Below are positions 47,901 through 54,234 of a stretch of DNA of 61,032 nt, piece by piece. The stretch's first letter is position 1; the number at the start of each line of letters is the position of its first letter. Where the stretch lies: positions 1 to 61,032 of IMG/VR virus record IMGVR_UViG_3300042864_000169; one strand, written 5' to 3'. The translations under genes and the position numbers were made by a program. The notes below the pieces were generated by a model. The model saw only the letters and a list, made by a program, of their open reading frames with translations. It was not told where the DNA came from and searched no databases. Origin of the DNA: a virus (Duplodnaviria; Caudoviricetes).

Positions 47901-50900
47901 GCCATGCTTGATGACCTGTCTCGTGATCTTTACAGTCAAGCGTATCGCTTTGCCCAGAATGCCATATCGCCATCATCGGCAGGCTCTGCCTTGGCAAATG
48001 TTTCTGGTGGTACGGGAATATCTGGCTTGGCGGCAAAGACCACTGAGCCATCTTTGAGTTCTAAAACTGGTGTGGCATCTAGTGCCCAAACCTTAGCGCC
48101 TTCAGGAACTTTAAACATACCTGCCTCCTCTAAAGATACAAGTATAAAAGAAAGCAAGAAGAGTCTCAAGACTAATTTTGAAACTGCTGAAGAGGCAGAG
48201 AATGCTGCGTACCGCAAAGCTCCGCCTACAACGCCAGAGTTTAAACGTTTCTTTGGCAGCAGTGTTGTAAAGGAAGAAGGTCGTCCACAGGTGATGTATC
48301 ACGCAAGCATGGAAGATTTCCCTGCGTTCCGTGAGAACAGATCAATCTTTGTTTCTCCTGACCCATATTTTGTAGAAGACTTTATTCAGCGCAGGATCAA
48401 TGAATCAGGCTCATTGCAATACTTGAGCGAAGGAAACCTTAAGACAAAAACTGCAAAGATATACCCTGTGTGGGTTCGTGCGGAGAAGCCGTTTGATTAC
48501 GAAAATCCTAATCATGTACAGCAGGTGGTTGATGATGTTGCGGCAGACTTTACAAGCAAAGAAAAGGGAGGCCGCATTCAATTGGCTACCCATCTTGTTA
48601 GCCGTAAAGACTTGACCGACAAGCTGACAAATGCTCAGTGGGACTATATTGAAGATGGTCGCATTCAAGAGGCTATAAAGAAGCTTGGGTTTGATTCTTT
48701 CTACACACGAGAAGGTGGAGCCAAGAACCTTGCTCTTTACAACTCCAACCAAGTTAAGTCAGTCACAGGCAATACTGGTGAGTTTGGCGAGACTAAAGAC
48801 ATACGCTTTAGTTTAAACAAAGTAAAAGACGAAGTAGACACACTGCCTAACGGTGCGGCTATCAACGCTAGTATCAATCGCCTTGCTCCGGGCCGTGAGC
48901 AAAAAGGATACATCGAGCGTATTCTGGAATTGTTTAAACCACAAAGTGTAGATGCGCTGCGCCAGCAGTTCTTGAATCGTTACAACCAACTTGGTGTGTA
49001 TGACAAGAAAGTTGCCGAACAGATGGGTGGAGCCGCTCTCCTTGCTGACTCAAGCGCAGAATCTGCCGCCCTGATGTCAGACAATGCCGCCGCTATTGCG
49101 ACTATGGCTTGCGGTATTGAGGGTAAAGGTGGCATTCCTGTCTTTGACAAAGGCTACACAACAATCAGTAATGCCAATGGTGAGAAGGGTGTCCTAGAGA
49201 TCCTCATGCCTTTGGCTAAGAGGGGTGACCCACGTATCTACCAAACCTATCAGTTCTGGGCTGGTTCTCTACGGGGTTCCCGTCTGTTAGCTAACGGCAC
49301 AGACCACACCTACACACAGGCTGAGATAGATTACGCCAAAGAACTCTTGGTTAAGTATCCTGAGTTTGAGCAAGTCCAAAAAGATTGGATTAAATACAAC
49401 AATGGCTTGATGAACTACGCAGTAAAAACTGGAGTTCTGTCGCCTGAAAAGGCCGCAGAGTTTATGAAGTACTCTGACTACATTCCTTTCTATCGTCAGA
49501 TAGATGGGGAAAAGACTGTCGGGCCTAGACTGTTCCAAAACATCTCAGGAGTTACTCCTCCCAAGAAACTAAAGGGTCTCAAGGAAGAGCAAGACATTCC
49601 TTTTGCTGACTTCTTAGAAACCATTGTCCGTAACACGCAGTCCATCATCCAATCAGGAATGAAGAACACTGCGGCTCAACGTGCTATTGGTCAGGCCGTC
49701 TTTTTAAAGATGGCTGACAAACGACAAGATGTGTCCTACGCCCCCGGCGTTGTGACTGTCTTGGAGAACGGCAAGCCTGTTTCCTACGACGTAGCCGATC
49801 AGTTGTTCATTGATGCCGTCAAGAGTTTAAACCTACCAGAATTGCCATTCCTAAGTTTCTTTGCTGCGCCAGCAAATCTGCTCCGCAACTTGGTTACCAA
49901 AGATCCCGGCTTTATGATGGCTAACTTGATGCGTGACTCATTGTCTGCGTGGGTTACCAGCGGTGCAAAGATGACACCTATCGCCTCTACCATTGCTAAC
50001 TTTGGCAGGGCTATCGGTGGTACTGACCCTGTCTATCTTGCCTTGCGTAATGCGGGTGTGATTGGTGGTTATGAGTTTGCCGCTGGCGTTGAGAACAGCG
50101 GTGTTATTTTGGGTGAAAGCCTGCGCAGAGCCACAGGAACTCAGACAGGTACAGAGAAGGCTCTCAAGCCGTTTACAAGCCTCTGGCGCGGTCTGGAGAA
50201 GGGTACAGAGGCATCTGATGCCGCTACCCGCATGGCAGTGTACAAAGCTACGCTGGAGAAGACGGGCAACGAGGCAGAAGCTATCTACCGTGCGATGGAA
50301 GTGATGAACTTTAACCGTAAGGGTAACCTTGCCATTGTTCGTATTTTGACTGCGGCTGTGCCATTCCTTAACGCACGTATGCAGGGCTTGGATGTGTTCT
50401 ACCGTGCCGCCTTTGGCAAGATGGCTACGGCAGATGCCGCCGCTATTCAGAAATCTTTCTTTATTCGTGGTGCAACCCTCATGGCTCTTACGTCCATGTA
50501 TTGGTTCTTGACACATGATGATGAGGAATACTTAAACCAAGAGCAAGAGACAAGGGATAACAATTGGTTGTTCCCGTCAGCAGGCATCCGCATCCCAATT
50601 CCTTTTGAGGTGGGTGTCCTGTTTAAAGTCGTGCCTGAACGTATCCTTGAATATTCATTTGGTAGTGACACCGGCAAGGATATGGCTGACTCGTTTAAAC
50701 GTAACTTAATCTCTACGTTTGCGTTTAATCCAATTCCTCAGACTGTTCTGCCTTTTGTTGAGGCTCGTACAAACTACTCGTTTTTCACAATGCGTCCCAT
50801 TGTGGGACAGGGTATGGAGAACGTAGCCAAAGAGTACCAGATGGCTCCTAACACTTCAGAAGCCGCTAAGAAGCTGGGTGGAATTTTGGGTGAGTCCCCA

Positions 50901-51383
50901 ATCATTGTGGATCACATTATGAAGGGCTACACAGGATCGCTTGGTATGTATGCCATTGACCTGATTGACGCAGTCCTGTTCAGTAATGACGCATCACCTA
51001 AGCCTGCAAAACGCTTTGAGCAGATGCCCGTGATCAAACGATTCATTGTGGACAAGGAAGCCAAAGGAACTGTGACCGCTTATTACGAACTGAAGAACTC
51101 TGTAGATGAAGTGGTTCGTACCATTAATCTGTTAGAGCGCACAGGTAAAGTTGAAGACATTGAAGGCTACATGCAAAAGAATGCCGCCATGTTTGCCGCT
51201 CAAGACTACGTCAAGGCTATTGAGTCTGATATGAAGGCTCTGCGTGAGGCGTTGATACAGGTGCGTAGTTCTGACATGTCAGGCGAAGAGAAGAGGGATG
51301 CAATTAGTGAGTTGAACGAAGCGCAGAATCAACTGACATCTCAGATCAGGCTCTTTAAGAAAGAAATCTCTAAGTCACAGTAA
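41994..51383 (+). CDS. giant polyvalent ejection protein: zincin (HEAIH), HhH/DUF7178-like, unknown domain, RelA/SpoT-like synthetase, ART-like, LPD38
   Basis: LRHEAIHAL; WYD..AITSQ..GPKIG..DMWFMR; KGLGRAAEK..DLLRATI..GYRD..EIQL; YHAS..FVSPD..IYPVW..GFDS..NQVKS; MNFNRKG..VPFLNARMQG..IPIPFEVG. Confidence 0.85.
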   Translation: MALQTATNPSTGETVALVGNQWLPITKTASNDQGQKAYLVNNQWLVDQEEEKKKTAGFSLKDLALSFGQGVGGGTQALTDIAGAGNVVSKGLTGLQEAAGEAMSPERQAEIRRRQEIKKKAEGNTLEEVKAVLGGFAEAPLQTLAQGAGSIVPMVLGTALMPAAAVPAAVARLTAMGVSAGTAAKVASSLPAATVGAMMGVGGQKGQDYETVKRELLEKKIPEAEAERLAQKAAEYSLENVPRQLASGAAGALAGGLGVESLVGRIGKKLPEVKGPSLKLPEPTVAQAIGRSTAAEALPEGLQSAVSTVGTNVALNQAGVERDLTQGVLANAINDALVGGILGAGASPLKLKEMRQQYVQDEFKGQQEYQKQQQEEIAANQKKIKDELSMTQNPLGMLTIDDLGADLFKVVQQNRADTGKPALTSFSLDDVVDALPGKDKAAESASLNAIIAAKTGYTNEVYTPAQVIEAAQAKNVETGTQGFSDFLSRTTGLSDPAQMSQPQLHAAVTALGKLPGFTSTQSLPEGLNATNYTPDQFTQAIDSLNTQMDVLGKDELTFKETTNAIETATGLKGSAVNALINDAARKGDVVTENKKVSVPSRTTPTGYGISEEVGAEQEQATSYEVRRGDEILDEHKTKESADQQVEGLNKLTAEEIKNIDESLKTEEAKISKAEKEVQRLILAGNRSTPEFKTAQDAYEKATDEAFPRIAELKARKESYQTPLTVAPIGVTKVKPKSYVVRKGEGIQTVKQTREEAEQAIFEDLSDADLQKLSKKRSPALQKRVNAEIQRRAAAPTKAAPATAATPEQQAKLDKLKKDLPAMLERFGLKDVGLKIVDAIEGGAEGSYAAKVIEIALDAVNPVQTLRHEAIHALKELGFFTPQQWAALERQAKNEWVQKYLKDRNYRTDDGKTMSRYEAYKTPGIASKDGLTEEDIIEEAIADAFGDFDATKAPPGMLTALLNKLRNFFSALRSYLNGQGFQTYKDVFAKIEAGELKGTTPATTGEAKKALKTEKYGMLNPAIQPKYEKVLNDIIDEMEVTPEELASTSLLYQTGKAGIEQFEGPDIGRLPAVVQHLQDLRRQSGLPLLDTEKPEDRKTLARLMTIEAMAAIRSGGANLEWYDSVINKTLGMAGLKYAELNTDPNARSAFRVGMAITSQGLNVEDNLAFAMKVYDSFRINQRFPEIGQGADQGAMVSNFKLANALLSDMGPDLMRQFLETEFTVDEMRSAGFDIKGELKDEKVLGSSVFGPKIGFGFYSNLNGNFEPTTMDMWFMRTIGRLTGKLKDFDPELYKEQLGKFRNALNVKGDNGVFANQFNEADVEAAKTDDDAAEALARKVKSAHERDYKNNRADYNNKTREKSKLVGAAESMINSLDKPRDAPASGSERRNLRDVVRQMVDMVEKKYGKRVPPASLQAAIWYPEQELYKALGVRLRVTSQSYAGAMEKILTKEGYNAGQLSTAAKSGSRTTQRLANAPVAKRTQATGTQPYRIGPLEAQQREEFLEKYRTKAVIEQERETPRRKKVVFEVAPDPNNVELSNRWRNLDQVTRLNISEKIARSIVRKAMADFDVDGYIAPQVGSYMDDTNPSFALFLNSGDSVEISKFIGYALSQDSMMVISPKPAKGLDKVSAITVDLNTQDPAKIDKIYQELRKIKVDGETPIGGQTTMNGKMILLNYSNVDSNELASLIDDQLKGDYNISVGDVYSAFPEKESYNYANPSDDPRGERGTIRERSRSLRDEATRQLQAELGEPAAQRGRRKLSLPLETEAAKKSENLRGIISDETLYKVQEVLNTYTEKPKNVSVTPEQRAKAEQALLPYVNKAKAIKPKFDQQIRDIAAEVDGEARIPGLKGLGRAAEKLILETDDGMAGNPKGSDIMDLLRATIVVNSESQIQPTLELIKKKFPQVLRVKDRFTKPQDTGYRDILMNVKLPNGLAVEIQLNIPEMIKAKTSGHVLYAMSRNLVDGDPKKAMLDDLSRDLYSQAYRFAQNAISPSSAGSALANVSGGTGISGLAAKTTEPSLSSKTGVASSAQTLAPSGTLNIPASSKDTSIKESKKSLKTNFETAEEAENAAYRKAPPTTPEFKRFFGSSVVKEEGRPQVMYHASMEDFPAFRENRSIFVSPDPYFVEDFIQRRINESGSLQYLSEGNLKTKTAKIYPVWVRAEKPFDYENPNHVQQVVDDVAADFTSKEKGGRIQLATHLVSRKDLTDKLTNAQWDYIEDGRIQEAIKKLGFDSFYTREGGAKNLALYNSNQVKSVTGNTGEFGETKDIRFSLNKVKDEVDTLPNGAAINASINRLAPGREQKGYIERILELFKPQSVDALRQQFLNRYNQLGVYDKKVAEQMGGAALLADSSAESAALMSDNAAAIATMACGIEGKGGIPVFDKGYTTISNANGEKGVLEILMPLAKRGDPRIYQTYQFWAGSLRGSRLLANGTDHTYTQAEIDYAKELLVKYPEFEQVQKDWIKYNNGLMNYAVKTGVLSPEKAAEFMKYSDYIPFYRQIDGEKTVGPRLFQNISGVTPPKKLKGLKEEQDIPFADFLETIVRNTQSIIQSGMKNTAAQRAIGQAVFLKMADKRQDVSYAPGVVTVLENGKPVSYDVADQLFIDAVKSLNLPELPFLSFFAAPANLLRNLVTKDPGFMMANLMRDSLSAWVTSGAKMTPIASTIANFGRAIGGTDPVYLALRNAGVIGGYEFAAGVENSGVILGESLRRATGTQTGTEKALKPFTSLWRGLEKGTEASDAATRMAVYKATLEKTGNEAEAIYRAMEVMNFNRKGNLAIVRILTAAVPFLNARMQGLDVFYRAAFGKMATADAAAIQKSFFIRGATLMALTSMYWFLTHDDEEYLNQEQETRDNNWLFPSAGIRIPIPFEVGVLFKVVPERILEYSFGSDTGKDMADSFKRNLISTFAFNPIPQTVLPFVEARTNYSFFTMRPIVGQGMENVAKEYQMAPNTSEAAKKLGGILGESPIIVDHIMKGYTGSLGMYAIDLIDAVLFSNDASPKPAKRFEQMPVIKRFIVDKEAKGTVTAYYELKNSVDEVVRTINLLERTGKVEDIEGYMQKNAAMFAAQDYVKAIESDMKALREALIQVRSSDMSGEEKRDAISELNEAQNQLTSQIRLFKKEISKSQ
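46354..46527 (+). CDS. nested +1-frame 57-aa ORF inside the giant gene (candidate antitoxin)
   Basis: AAGGAGG 6 nt before ATG; lies in the linker right after the HhH-like domain. Confidence 0.55.
   Translation: MQDNLAQQQNLDQEQHNDWLMRQSPKELKQLAHNLTELARLKLNNGKSSLKSTEQKQ
47137..47274 (+). CDS. nested +1-frame 45-aa acidic ORF (candidate antitoxin)
   Basis: MPIRQMTPEEKEELFGNGVVLFGMKP...; host frame becomes an Arg-rich linker; RBS weak. Confidence 0.45.
   Translation: MPIRQMTPEEKEELFGNGVVLFGMKPLDNSKQNSENPPPKEEEES
47936..48118 (-). CDS. nested antisense 60-aa ORF after the RelA/SpoT domain (candidate antitoxin)
   Basis: GAGGAGG RBS, own promoter; host frame is a Ser/Gly-rich linker over this span. 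Confidence 0.7.
   Translation of the reverse strand: MFKVPEGAKVWALDATPVLELKDGSVVFAAKPDIPVPPETFAKAEPADDGDMAFWAKRYA
48141..48169 (-). promoter_or_regulatory. antisense internal promoter TTGAGA-N17-TATACT
   Basis: 5/6 match at both boxes, 17-bp spacer, about 10 nt upstream of the GAGGAGG RBS. Confidence 0.7.
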
Positions 51384-51657
51384 GATGACCCCCCTCAAAG
51401 AGCCATCCAATGGTTCTGCGATGGGCTTCATCCCAGATTTCTTTCCGGGCTTCCTTGTTTAAACTCTTGCCTTGGTCAATATCCGCGTGGCAGGAAAAAC
51501 ATAACGCAGCGATGCGATAGTCGTGGGCTTTGATGCCCATACCCTTTCCATCCTTTTGTTGATTGGAATGGGAGGCGACCACCGTGCCATCCTGCGCCCC
51601 GCAGATCTGACATGGTGATTCCCGCACAATCTCAAGTAGTTTCTTATTCCGGTACAT
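51370..51657 (-). CDS. DUF1364/DUF968-like HNH-type Zn protein
   Basis: PCQICG...VVASHSN..GKGMGIK.HD...LCFSCH. Confidence 0.8.
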   Translation of the reverse strand: MYRNKKLLEIVRESPCQICGAQDGTVVASHSNQQKDGKGMGIKAHDYRIAALCFSCHADIDQGKSLNKEARKEIWDEAHRRTIGWLFEGGHLTVT

Positions 51658-51856
51658 CTTGCTTTGCCAAAAAGTTAATGTAACGGGCTATTTCATGTCC
51701 GGTGTAGTCGATGTCCTTGTAACCTGCAAACCTTGCTGCAAGACGTTTAAACACAGCCTGCTGGGCTGCCGTCCAAACTTCGTAACTCCAACCTCCGTCA
51801 TCTTCAAAGGCTTTACTGCCAATGAAGTCACAGTATTCCTTTTTGCATTCGTTCAT
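51644..51856 (-). CDS. hypothetical protein
   Basis: ORF track; overlapping neighbours. Confidence 0.6.
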   Translation of the reverse strand: MNECKKEYCDFIGSKAFEDDGGWSYEVWTAAQQAVFKRLAARFAGYKDIDYTGHEIARYINFLAKQDVPE

Positions 51857-52013
51857 TCTGATCCTTGTAATGTTGTATGGGAAGTTTAGCTTTTTGTTTA
51901 ACCAACTTCCTTAGCCAATCAGCCCCACCAAGATCTAAAAACATCAGCCATTCAACGTCTGACATCCTTACTTGCCTGCCTTTTAATGGCATGGGAGGTT
52001 TAGGTCTAGGCAT
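51828..52013 (-). CDS. small ribbon-helix-helix-like DNA-binding protein
   Basis: MPRPKP...QVRMSDVEW...LGGADWLR. Confidence 0.65.
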   Translation of the reverse strand: MPRPKPPMPLKGRQVRMSDVEWLMFLDLGGADWLRKLVKQKAKLPIQHYKDQNERMQKGIL

Positions 52014-52191
52014 TCTTTGGCCTCCGTGTTGCTCTAAGCGTCCAGCACCCAGCGCAGTACCATCTGTTTAAACCCATTTGGATACCGCCTTCTGGTGGTT
52101 TCTGCTGCGTACATTTATCACACTGTTTAAACTGGTGTGTGCTGGGTGGCATCCCATTTAAATCTAACTGTTGTTTTACAAACCCATTCAC
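52006..52191 (-). CDS. small Zn-ribbon protein
   Basis: CDKC...KPPEGG...RWYCAGCW. Confidence 0.65.
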   Translation of the reverse strand: MNGFVKQQLDLNGMPPSTHQFKQCDKCTQQKPPEGGIQMGLNRWYCAGCWTLRATRRPKNA

Positions 52192-52388
52192 TTCTTCATG
52201 CTCCGTACATAAGCGGCAAAACTTGCCGAGGTGTCTCCACCGTTTTTCATTTGGTCAAACTCCTTAGCCACCTCTTCTAGGGTGTTGTTCCTGATCTGAT
52301 TGGTTACAGGATCAAGTTGCTTTAGGATCATCTGCCTCTTGCGCCACCCTAGTGCCTTCTCCCATATGTTTAAACTTGGTTCGCTCAT
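52188..52388 (-). CDS. hypothetical protein (RNNTLEEVAKEF...SFAAYVRSMK)
   Basis: Start moved to ATG 52388. Confidence 0.65.
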   Translation of the reverse strand: MSEPSLNIWEKALGWRKRQMILKQLDPVTNQIRNNTLEEVAKEFDQMKNGGDTSASFAAYVRSMKK

Positions 52389-52539
52389 TGTTTGCCTTTC
52401 TGTATTCCAATACTTCGTTGAGTAAACGTTCCATCTCATCAGCCGCCATCAAATGAAATGGGCTGATCGGTTTGTGGCTTGCCATTGAACGCATCATGCC
52501 GATGGTTTGTCTTGCCGTGCCTTCACTTAGCTTTCTCAT
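52312..52539 (-). CDS. hypothetical protein
   Basis: ORF track; AADEMERL motif. Confidence 0.55.
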   Translation of the reverse strand: MRKLSEGTARQTIGMMRSMASHKPISPFHLMAADEMERLLNEVLEYRKANNERTKFKHMGEGTRVAQEADDPKAT

Positions 52540-53168
52540 GCGTTCTTTTCCTTAATATCGTAGAACCAATCATCACCCGCTGACCACTTACGTGTGCCAT
52601 CCACAGTCCACAGTCTTTGTGCGGCTTGGAAATCAGGAAACTTGGTGTCGGCAGGTATTAGGCTTTGGTCGTACCACAAACATCTGTTGTTCGGTTGCGT
52701 GGCAAACTGGCCGTTGTCTAATGCAATAAAGTTAAAGCTCTTGTGCTCCTCGGCTTGCTCAGTAAACGTTGTGTCTAAGTCCATCCCGTCAGCGCAAAAG
52801 TCCACGGTAAACAGATAGCGCCCAAAGTGCCACTCACGGTCTTTACCAAGGAACTTAACACCAAGGTTCCGTAGGGCAAGCTTTTCAATAATCGTAAACC
52901 GATAGCCCATGCAGTCCCACAGTTGAAGAATATCAATGGGTAGGTTGCCAGCCTCTTTGTGCCACACATACGCATGAATTGGTAGCTTGTCATACAACGC
53001 CCCGTAGTGCGGTAACAGGCTCTCAATACGGAACACCTGACCACGCAATGCTTTGAGTGAGATCCAAACCGCAGGCTCTAGTTCACCGTGGCCTTGATGG
53101 TCGTTATAAAGAAACTCCCGCTTCACAAAACATTTGATGGGAGGCAGTGACGCAACAATATAACTCAT
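52536..53168 (-). CDS. conserved phage protein of unknown function
   Basis: VKREFLY, GALYDKLPIHA, LQLWDC, YLFTVD, EHKSFN, QPNNR. Confidence 0.8.
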   Translation of the reverse strand: MSYIVASLPPIKCFVKREFLYNDHQGHGELEPAVWISLKALRGQVFRIESLLPHYGALYDKLPIHAYVWHKEAGNLPIDILQLWDCMGYRFTIIEKLALRNLGVKFLGKDREWHFGRYLFTVDFCADGMDLDTTFTEQAEEHKSFNFIALDNGQFATQPNNRCLWYDQSLIPADTKFPDFQAAQRLWTVDGTRKWSAGDDWFYDIKEKNA

Positions 53169-53620
53169 ACTCTTGCCTCTTCCGCTCCTTGGGCGCGTTG
53201 CTTTAAACCTTCATCCAACTGAACAATTAAGTCTGCGATGTCTGAGTCAACTAGATGCAACTTCTTAGTCCAACGGGCGATAGTCAATTGAAGATCATGG
53301 ACAAACTCCTCTTTCATTGAAACGTTTGTCATTACATCGGCAACCATCCTATAACCACCGCCAGTTTCACGGTCAGATGGCAGACTAACAAACGCACGAA
53401 CATGCGTAGGTTCATCTGCTAATACAGTGATCCTACATCTTTGAATCAAGGTTCTAGCCTGTTCTCTGCGGTATTGAACAGCCGCCTCTGAGTCATCCCA
53501 CTCAAAATGACTGTGCAGAATACTGCCCTCGTCTTGAGCCTCTTTGATAACGTCATCAATCATCAGCACCCCGCCATTGCGACGTGCCATCTTCTCTAAC
53601 AGTTTTCTTTCTTCGTTCAT
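53165..53620 (-). CDS. accessory protein downstream of the pentamer array (LHSHFEWDD..AA..YR..QAR family)
   Basis: Start at ATG 53620 behind AAGGAG; same strand as the RAMP-like gene and array. Confidence 0.75.
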   Translation of the reverse strand: MNEERKLLEKMARRNGGVLMIDDVIKEAQDEGSILHSHFEWDDSEAAVQYRREQARTLIQRCRITVLADEPTHVRAFVSLPSDRETGGGYRMVADVMTNVSMKEEFVHDLQLTIARWTKKLHLVDSDIADLIVQLDEGLKQRAQGAEEARV

Positions 53621-53648
53621 AGTTTCTCCTTTGTGTTTAAACATAAAT

Positions 53649-54222
53649 GCCTGCCTTGCCCCGCGCTACCGCACTGCGCCGTGCCTTTCCATGCCTGCCA
53701 ATCCTCACCGCGCCGTACCCCTCCAAGCCCCGCCTCGCCTGCCTTGCCTGCCTCACCGTGCCACTCCCGTCCTGACGTTGCCCCGCCTTGCCCCGCCTGC
53801 CTTGCCCTACCACGCCCTGCCTAGCCGAGCCATGCCTGCCTCACCCAACCGTACCCCTCCAAGCCCCGCCTCGCCTGCCAAACCACGCCCCACCTTACTC
53901 CGCCAATCCTTGCCAGTCCTCGCCTGCCTTTCCCGACCTCACCTAAACTCACCATGCCATGCCCGCCCTTGCCTGCCTAACCGATCCAATCCCGACCACG
54001 CCTTGCCCCTCCGTGCCACGCCTGCTATACCGCGCCCCGCCGAACCCGTCCACTACGGGCCATGCCTGCCATACCTATCCCCACCGCGCCCCACCTGTCC
54101 CGAACATGCCTGTCCATGCCTGCCGTACCTTTACTTACCTATCCCCGCCTCGCCACTCTAAGCCTGCCATGCCAGACCGGAACCCGCCAAACCCCGCCAA
54201 TACGGGCCTATCCAATCCTGCC
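53649..54222 (-). repeat. non-coding array of 12 units of GG(C/U/A)NN pentamers separated by GGCAGGC (candidate guide-RNA array)
   Basis: Separators (+ strand GCCTGCC, two with one mismatch) at 53649, 53693, 53737, 53746, 53795, 53834, 53873, 53922, 53971, 54020, 54064, 54118, 54162, 54216; all spacings are 5n+4. Confidence 0.9.
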
Positions 54223-54234
54223 TTGGTTTAAACG

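Noticed and set aside
53649-54222. Classical CRISPR array or simple microsatellite
   Set aside because: No 23-47-nt repeat with unique spacers and no cas1/cas2; the constant 7-mer separator and diverse dinucleotides are too ordered for slippage alone.
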